DNA of 64,000 bases from Octopus vulgaris (lineage: Eukaryota). Position 1 is the stretch's first letter; the number at the start of each line of letters is the position of its first letter. The stretch spans positions 16,802,001-16,866,000 of the forward strand of contig OX597832.1 of the NCBI GenBank assembly GCA_951406725.2. The letters run 5' to 3'. Of the stretch, positions 56,130 to 64,000 are shown one piece after another. A program made the position numbers and the translations under genes. A model generated the notes under the pieces. It was not told the DNA's origin and did not search any database. It worked only from the letters and a program-made list of their open reading frames with translations.

Positions 56130-56945
56130 AAAAACTAAGCATGAAGATGGGTCACTGGTCCACAGGGAATTTCAATCCCAAAGCCTAAATCAGTGACGGA
56201 TCTGGGTATCGATATGAGTGACGATACCTCTTTCCAAGTGCACATTACCAAGATGGCGACAAAGTGCAAACGACTGGCTGGATGGATCCTGAGAACATTC
56301 AGAACCAGAGGTAAGGAAACCATGATGGTCCTCTGGAGGACACTCGTCCTCAGCCGCTTGGATTACTGCTCACAGCTATGGTCACCCACCTGAGTGAAAT
56401 TAACAGCTGACCATGAAACAATCCAGAGAATTTGTTATCAAAGAAGATCATCTCTTTGCAACAGCTCAGCTACTGGGAAAGGTTGAAACAGCTAAGACTC
56501 TTCTGCCTGGGGAAAAGACGGGAGAGGTATTCAGTAATATACGTCTGGAAGATCCTCGAAGGAATTATGACAACTTTTGGCATTGAAAGCTACACCAATG
56601 CTAGAACGGGACGACACTGCATAGTGCCAAAGAACGCAGTAACGCCATCGCGCTTCGGGACCAGCTTCTGCAACAGCCTGGGTTTCAGTGGCCCACAGCT
56701 TTTTAATATTCTCCCAAAGAGTCTGAGGAACCCGCACAGAGTAGACGTAAGCGGTTTTAAATCAAAGCTGGACATCTGCCTGTCGAGAGACCCAGATGAA
56801 CCTATCTCACGGCAAGAGGTGCAAATGAGTGTAGCTACATCAAACTCCATTCTTAACCAAGTGACATATATTGGAAGAGGAACTCAGTAATAACAGTGTA
56901 GCAAAACGGCCGTGCATCAGCATGGCCGCAGATATGAGCTGAAAC
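56130..56945 (+). pseudogene. CR1-clade LINE 3' fragment (RT C-terminus + 3' UTR)
   Basis: TDLGIDMSDD...AGWILRTF...LVLSRLDYCSQLWSP*...LSYWERLKQL...GPQLFNILP...FKSKLD; tail cagcatggccgcagatatgagctgaaac. Confidence 0.9.
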
Positions 56946-58226
56946 TACAGCAAAGACAAAAATGAGTCTAGACAAGATACTTCCCTCCGCTGAGGAAGTC
57001 ACAAAACATTATTTTTAGCGTTCACTTTTATAAGTCCTCAGATATATGTCCATTGATTGCGCGTGGTATATTTCAGTCAGATTAAATGAGGAGTTAATCA
57101 TGTTGGCGTGGGTAACAATACAACAATCCTATTTTTCCGCTCATTCACAGGCACTTCAACAAGAATGCTCAATTCTTAACAGAGTCTTCAATTTCTGTAA
57201 GGGGGTCTACTCGTCTAGTAAACCAATACAATATAATTAACTACGTGTTCGATTTCATTTATTTTTTACCTGCTCGAAGACTAAATGACAATCTTAGAAA
57301 TGTATGCAAAATATGTTATTCATCTTAGATATTTTTGTCATATACGTTATGTGTTTAAATTACCCTCATTCTACCAAAAAATAATTTACCTTTATATATT
57401 TTAAATATCAATCTTTAGCTATGGGCACATTGACTCCTGGTCACTGAATAGGCTCATATGTGAACAAAATTCTAACAGTTTTTAACTACCTGTATTTTGC
57501 ATTTTCGCATTATGCCCCGTGAAGAACACTGCAATTGACATCAGTCCGAAGTTAATAATTTCAAGAAATTGCCAAGGTTACGTATGGAATTATATATGCT
57601 GAAGTAGACCTGTACGGGTATGAGCGATTTTTCTTTATTTGTTTGTTGGTTTGTTCAATTTTTTTTTGCTTAAAATATTTGTCCATAAGCCTTGTAATAT
57701 TACGTATTCAGGTGAAATATTTCCGATGTCAAATTTGACGTTTTTCATTCCAGCGTGTATAAACTAGCCAACGTATAATTTCCAGAAGCAATTTAATTGA
57801 TTACATATTCGCCAGCAAAATATGTGACGTTGTCATTTAAACAGCAAGCTTTCTAGTAAAATATGGGAGTGTTTAGCAGACTCAGTAGAACTACAGAATC
57901 AGCAGAAATTATCTAGATATATTTTTCTTACATATATATGTATACACATAAAACCGATATATCTAAAAGTGCACTCATCGATAGGCGGATTCATATACGT
58001 GTGTGTATGCTTATATATGCATGTGTGTTTATATATATATGTGTGTGTAACCATATATATATATACGTCTGTCTGTATGCATAGGTATATGTATGTATAT
58101 ATATGTAATTATGTGTGTATGCATAGTGTGCGTGTGCGACTGCAGTCTTACGTACGAAACATCGTGCCGGACATATTGTATCATGCCAAAAATAAATTAC
58201 ACACACATACGTATATACATTTACGT

Positions 58227-58274
<48 letters not shown>

Positions 58275-58654
58275 TGTGTGGATGTGCGCGCGTGTATGAA
58301 TACATGACTGTGTGCTTTCTTTGTAATGTAAATAATGCAATTAACAGAACAATAATTATTTTGCACCGAACAGATTAAATCAAAATCTAATTGCAGCCTT
58401 TATCTACGATTACAAAGGACTTTGTAGATGAAAGGATAAAACAAAGGAGAATCAAACAGACTAAAAAATGTTAAAATTATGTGTTGTGTTCGCTTCATTT
58501 CATTTCATTTATTTCACTATCGAGAAAAAATGGAATAGTTAACTAATGAGCGGTATCTCACCTTCGAGAGAGATAGGGGAGTCAGCCGACGAAAGATGAT
58601 ATGTCTAGCTCTGTCTGTCTCTCTATAATTCCCTTTCACTTTCTCTTTATATAC

Positions 58655-58748
<94 letters not shown>

Positions 58749-58782
58749 ATATATATATATGTATATATATATTTATATATAC

Positions 58783-58821
<39 letters not shown>

Positions 58822-60149
58822 CATATATGTAGCCTACACGTATATGTAACTATGTAAGTTGAGTGCACACACAGGCACACACGTACACACATACAGACAT
58901 ACGCTTGTATTCCTGTCAGATGGGAGACTCGTTAATATATATCACACTCAAATGTAAGACCAACCTTAATTATGATTCTACTCCATTTTGTCAATTTTAG
59001 ATTTATGACACTGCGGTCATGTTCAAATGGATCGGTGACTTTACGTCAATCATATTTGAGATATAAAATGAAATATATCAAAGTTAGCGATTTCTCATAG
59101 AGTGTATGATGCTGGCGTTTAATGTAGTACCAAGCAACACCACAAATATGATAACTTACAACCATATGTGACAAAAATATTCTTACCTTCAAGATTTAAA
59201 AATTTTCAGAATTGAACACAAAAAATATATTTGCTGGTTCAACTTTTGCTATGAACTCTTCCGAACACCTTCAGATGTCAGCAAGAATCGTTGACATCTC
59301 AAGGGTTCCTTCACTAGAACTGATATCCGTTTGAAATTCTGTATATCAAAAGAGTATGTCTGGTGAGAGCCGGTTTAGTGTTTGAATATTTCAAAACCGA
59401 GTAGAATCTCTGAAGTTGCTCATTTAGAAGGAAAGAGCTGCGCAACCTTTTTTTAATCAGATTGCTCAGTTTTAGATAACGGAAACACATGTGGGAATAG
59501 CTAATCATACATTCCTCCATAAAAATTAACGCCTCCAAACGTATAAATTTTATTCAAACGTTAGTTTTTAAAATGAATTTACACAAGAGCTATGAAGTCT
59601 CTCAATAAAGAGTGAGTTACTACCCTTTTCTCTAATTTTGTCTTGTTACTGTTATTGCTACTGTTGTTCTTTGTTGTTTTGTTGCTGTTATAGCTGGTAA
59701 TAGTTTGCATCAAGTTATCAAAGTTTGAAGCCACCACTGTGCCAGAAGTAGGGGTCGGTTATGTTTTTCCAGTCTCTTATGTTTTTTCCAGAGTATTTTT
59801 AAGACTGCATTTTGCAGTTTGATAGTGATACGAAAGCTGGGAGGAGCGAATGTTAAGCATCATGGAGGGCTGTTCCTCTTGACTTCTGGCAATGGCACTA
59901 ATTTAGGAGTTAAAGTTTACTAGGGCATGCGTTCAGAAATAATATAGATGTTACCGTTAAGATACTTATCTGATATCAATAATGCAGTATTTGTACCATA
60001 AAATATTAATGGACTAGGCTGGTGGTGAAGGTGGCAGATAGTAATGACAACAAAATGCATATATATGATAATAACTACAACAACCACGGCTACGACGACG
60101 ACGGCGATGATGATCAATAATGATGAAAATAATAATGGTAACAATAGAA

Positions 60150-60173
60150 ACAACAACAACAACAACAATAATA

Positions 60174-60226
<53 letters not shown>

Positions 60227-60317
60227 GATGATGATGAGGATGATGATGATAATAATGATGATGATAATAATAATAATGATAATAATAATGATGATGATAA
60301 TAATAATAATAATAATG

Positions 60318-60399
<82 letters not shown>

Positions 60400-60412
60400 T
60401 GATGATGATGAG
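60150..60412. repeat. (AAT)n/(GAT)n microsatellite
   Basis: Direct reading. Confidence 0.95.
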
Positions 60413-60699
60413 GATGTCATTTATTTGCCACTAGGGCGAAGGGTAAGGGAGAAAATAGAAAGACAAACATAAAGGTGTGGGTGTTACATGTAATAAAATT
60501 ATAGAAAATTTGTAAGTATACACAGTACACAATGGAGAGGAAGAGGCATATATGTAGTAGACAAGAAGTGGGAAGGGTGGTAGAGATATAGCCCTTCTGA
60601 CACAGGAGAACCTCTAAGAATAATCGACGAAACCCACTGGCCAAGATTTCATTAAACACCACAAGAAAGTGTCCTCTCCAATTCCTACTCTCCGATTTA

Positions 60700-61285
60700 C
60701 AGGTCTACACTAAGAGACGTACCATCCACTCTTACCATTCTCGCGACTGTTACCCACCTTTCGGTAAGCTTACCCGACTACGGCACTTTCCTTTCCGCTC
60801 TCAATTTCCTTTCAACGTAAAACTTGAAGAAGTCCATGAGAGTTGAACTAAAGAGGAATTAATCTGTCCTCATGCCTTTCGGTTGTGTCTATCAAATAGC
60901 TGCTTTCGCTGCAGCCTCAAGGAAAAAGAAAACTACCTTGCGTGCCAGATTGAAGTTAGGCGGTAGGAAAATCATCACTACAGATTTGGCCAGCATACGG
61001 ATCCATTCCACACATGACAGTAGCTGTTCGACGTAACCCCACAAGTCAGCAATATCCGGACACTGAACGAGTGCGTGCAGAAGGGTTTCGTCACACTGTG
61101 CGATTCTCAAGCCTGTAGAGTTTATCTCGGACCTGTAGCATTTCCTGTTGCACTGCCAGGCCAAGGAGATCTGGAAATTACACATGATAATTCCCGACCC
61201 GAAAGTGCCCCGGAACAGACTAGCCAATTCGTTTTTTTCGGGGTCAGGATTTCCCCGAAAACGTAGTCGCACTTCTACCCTACTC
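60700..61285 (-). pseudogene. L1/Tx1-like LINE C-terminal zinc-binding (zf-RVT) remnant
   Basis: NFQISLAWQC...CDETLLHALVQCPDIADLWGYVEQLL (ET..H.L..C......W motif). Confidence 0.65.
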
Positions 61286-61333
61286 ATCTTCTATAAATTT
61301 CTAAATTGAAACATTCAACGATCCCATTGCGCA

Positions 61334-61541
<208 letters not shown>

Positions 61542-61554
61542 TTTGAGATAAGAA

Positions 61555-61688
61555 GTGTTACCTGGTAGTGAACAGCTCACACCGTAGTAGATCTCCCCCG
61601 AAAATATGAAAGCAAATATGATCTCGGCAGAATTTGAACTCAGCACATAGCGACGGGCGAAATACCGCTATTTATTCTTAGCCCGGCG
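61555..61688 (-). mobile_element. SINE family C fragment
   Basis: atctcggcagaatttgaactcag...gaaataccgcta...gcccggcgt. Confidence 0.65.
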
Positions 61689-62814
61689 TCGTTCGTCTGC
61701 ATGATGACACAATCTAAGTCATGGCCGTTTCAGAATCTGAAAAAAACAACTTAGTCTTGGATATGCCAAACAATATGGGATCAGCATGGATGGAATACCA
61801 TTGCTTCAATCCAAGGAAGAATTATCGAGAAAGATGTGGACCCACAAAAGGAAATAACATAAGTGTCTCTTATATCATACACTAGACTGAAATAAAAAAT
61901 GCTTGTTGGATAGTTTGATATTTCATATACAAATGATACTGAATGGACATATATGTAATATATTTACGACAACAGAACCAAAGCCAACAATCTGGTGCGA
62001 GAAATTACTGTAAAGTAATTGAAGACGGTTATGTATGTTAGTCTTGCTATTCTAAAATTTATAAAATTCATTCCTTAGAAAATCTAGTTGAATGTGTGCG
62101 TTCGGGCGCTTGCATATGCATGTGTGAGTATTTGTATGTTTTTCTATGCGTGTGTGAGTAAACATGTCTGTACATATGTATGTGTTCATACTATTGTTTG
62201 TGAAAGCATTAGTAAAATTACTTCTACTAAATTAAAACAGTAAAAGCAGCAAGACTGAGAATAACAAATTCGTCATAATTGCGGCTTAATATAAAAGCTA
62301 ATATTAATCAAAGACGAACATTAATTTATATCCTCCGATTAATACCTGAAAAACGTTCGAACACGTTTCCATCTCTTTATTATAACTCAAGAGTTAAGCG
62401 AAAATTTCACCGTAATACCCGGATTCTCATCACATAATTAATTACTAAATGAATATATAATATTATATTCAACTACACATGATAATTAGTATACTTTCCT
62501 GACGGAATTCATGCGTGATATCTAGTTTAAAACGATATTTTTTGAAAAAACATTATCACAGTTGTCTCCTGATATTGCCGAGACGATTAAAATTTAATAA
62601 CTATTATTTTACCACATAATCGTTACTGATTGTAATTAACTTTTTACTAATGACTGCATTGTTGTCATTGGTGACAATGCTGCTTAGCCACTAGTGATTT
62701 TTTCGAGTGAAGTATTTGATTAAATTCTCGAAAAGATTTATTATCTAAAATATGTTAATTTCTAGGTTTACTCGTGTAGGACAACAGAAAAAATAAATCG
62801 CTAAAAATTGCACA

Positions 62815-63287
<473 letters not shown>

Positions 63288-63429
63288 TATTGTATAAAAA
63301 ATAAAACAAACACGGACGAGTAGTTTTAGTTTCGATTTCATAAAAGTACCTGAAAATGTGCAGTATGAGGTGACCTGGCGGTAAAGATATGAAGGAAAAT
63401 TATGTGTACCATACTTCATGTTATTGTTG

Positions 63430-63732
63430 TTTGTTCCTTTTCAAGCCATGCCTGCCTTATAAGAGCCGGTTTCCCGGTTTCATTGTCGTATAGGTTCCCC
63501 ACCTGGACAGGACGCCAATCCGTCGCAGGTAAGCTATTAGATGCAGGAGGAATGAGTGAGAGAAACAGTGGTAAAAGAATCAGCAGACGTTCCCCATTAT
63601 CGTGTGCAGGAACCGCGTGGAGCCTAGGTGTTTCGATCATAAACACACAGGCACATCGCCCGGTCTGAGATTCGAAACCGCGATACCTCGACATCTAGTC
63701 CACTGCTCTAACAACTATGTCATGTGCCTCCA
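63430..63732 (-). mobile_element. SINE family B-related (same subfamily as 48785-49086)
   Basis: agccatgcctgccttataagagccggtttcc...cccacctgga...ccgtcgcaggt...catgtgcctccac. Confidence 0.8.
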
Positions 63733-63820
63733 CACCATACATCACGACATGTTTACAACTCCTCTTCTATACATCCGCTCGGTGCTGAGCTACAGAACAG
63801 TGTATTTTGGAAACAGCATA

Positions 63821-64000
63821 TAGGCGCAGGAGTGGCTGTGTGGTAAGTAGATTGTTTACCAACCACATGGTTCCGAGTTCAGTCCCACTGCGTTGCACCT
63901 TGGGCAAGTGTCTTCTACTATAGCCTCGGGCCGACCAAAGCCTTGTGAGTGGATTTGGTATACGGAAATTGAAAGAAGCCCGTCGTATATATGCATATGT
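63821..64000 (+). mobile_element. SINE family A, truncated by the window end
   Basis: taggcgcaggagtggctgtgtggtaagtag...gaaagaagcccgtcgtat. Confidence 0.9.

Overview
AT-rich, microsatellite-dense eukaryotic non-coding DNA (intron or intergenic). It is most likely from an Octopus genome, inferred from the recurring tRNA-derived SINE families and the (TA)n/(AAT)n/(GATA)n load. No intact host protein-coding gene or credible exon was found, and almost all listed ORFs are microsatellite or SINE read-through artefacts. The window is a graveyard of mobile elements: at least three tRNA-headed SINE families (~22 copies); decayed LINE fragments (two CR1-like, two R4/NeSL-like, one L1/Tx1-like); Tc1 and maT/DD37D-like transposase pseudogenes; a Tc1/mariner MITE; a Helentron-associated HINE; and Penelope-like (PLE) RT and GIY-YIG fragments. 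The most notable signal is about ten type I hammerhead ribozyme (HHR) motifs from several unrelated repeat families, in the tandem and inverted arrangements typical of PLE pseudo-LTRs. One of them lies in a composite element with a tRNA-like Pol III head, an (AAT)n linker, an HHR tail and an inverted HHR copy abutting its 5' end. Several long palindromes and a perfect 105-bp inverted duplication are also present. All calls were made by eye and the coordinates of decayed elements are approximate.
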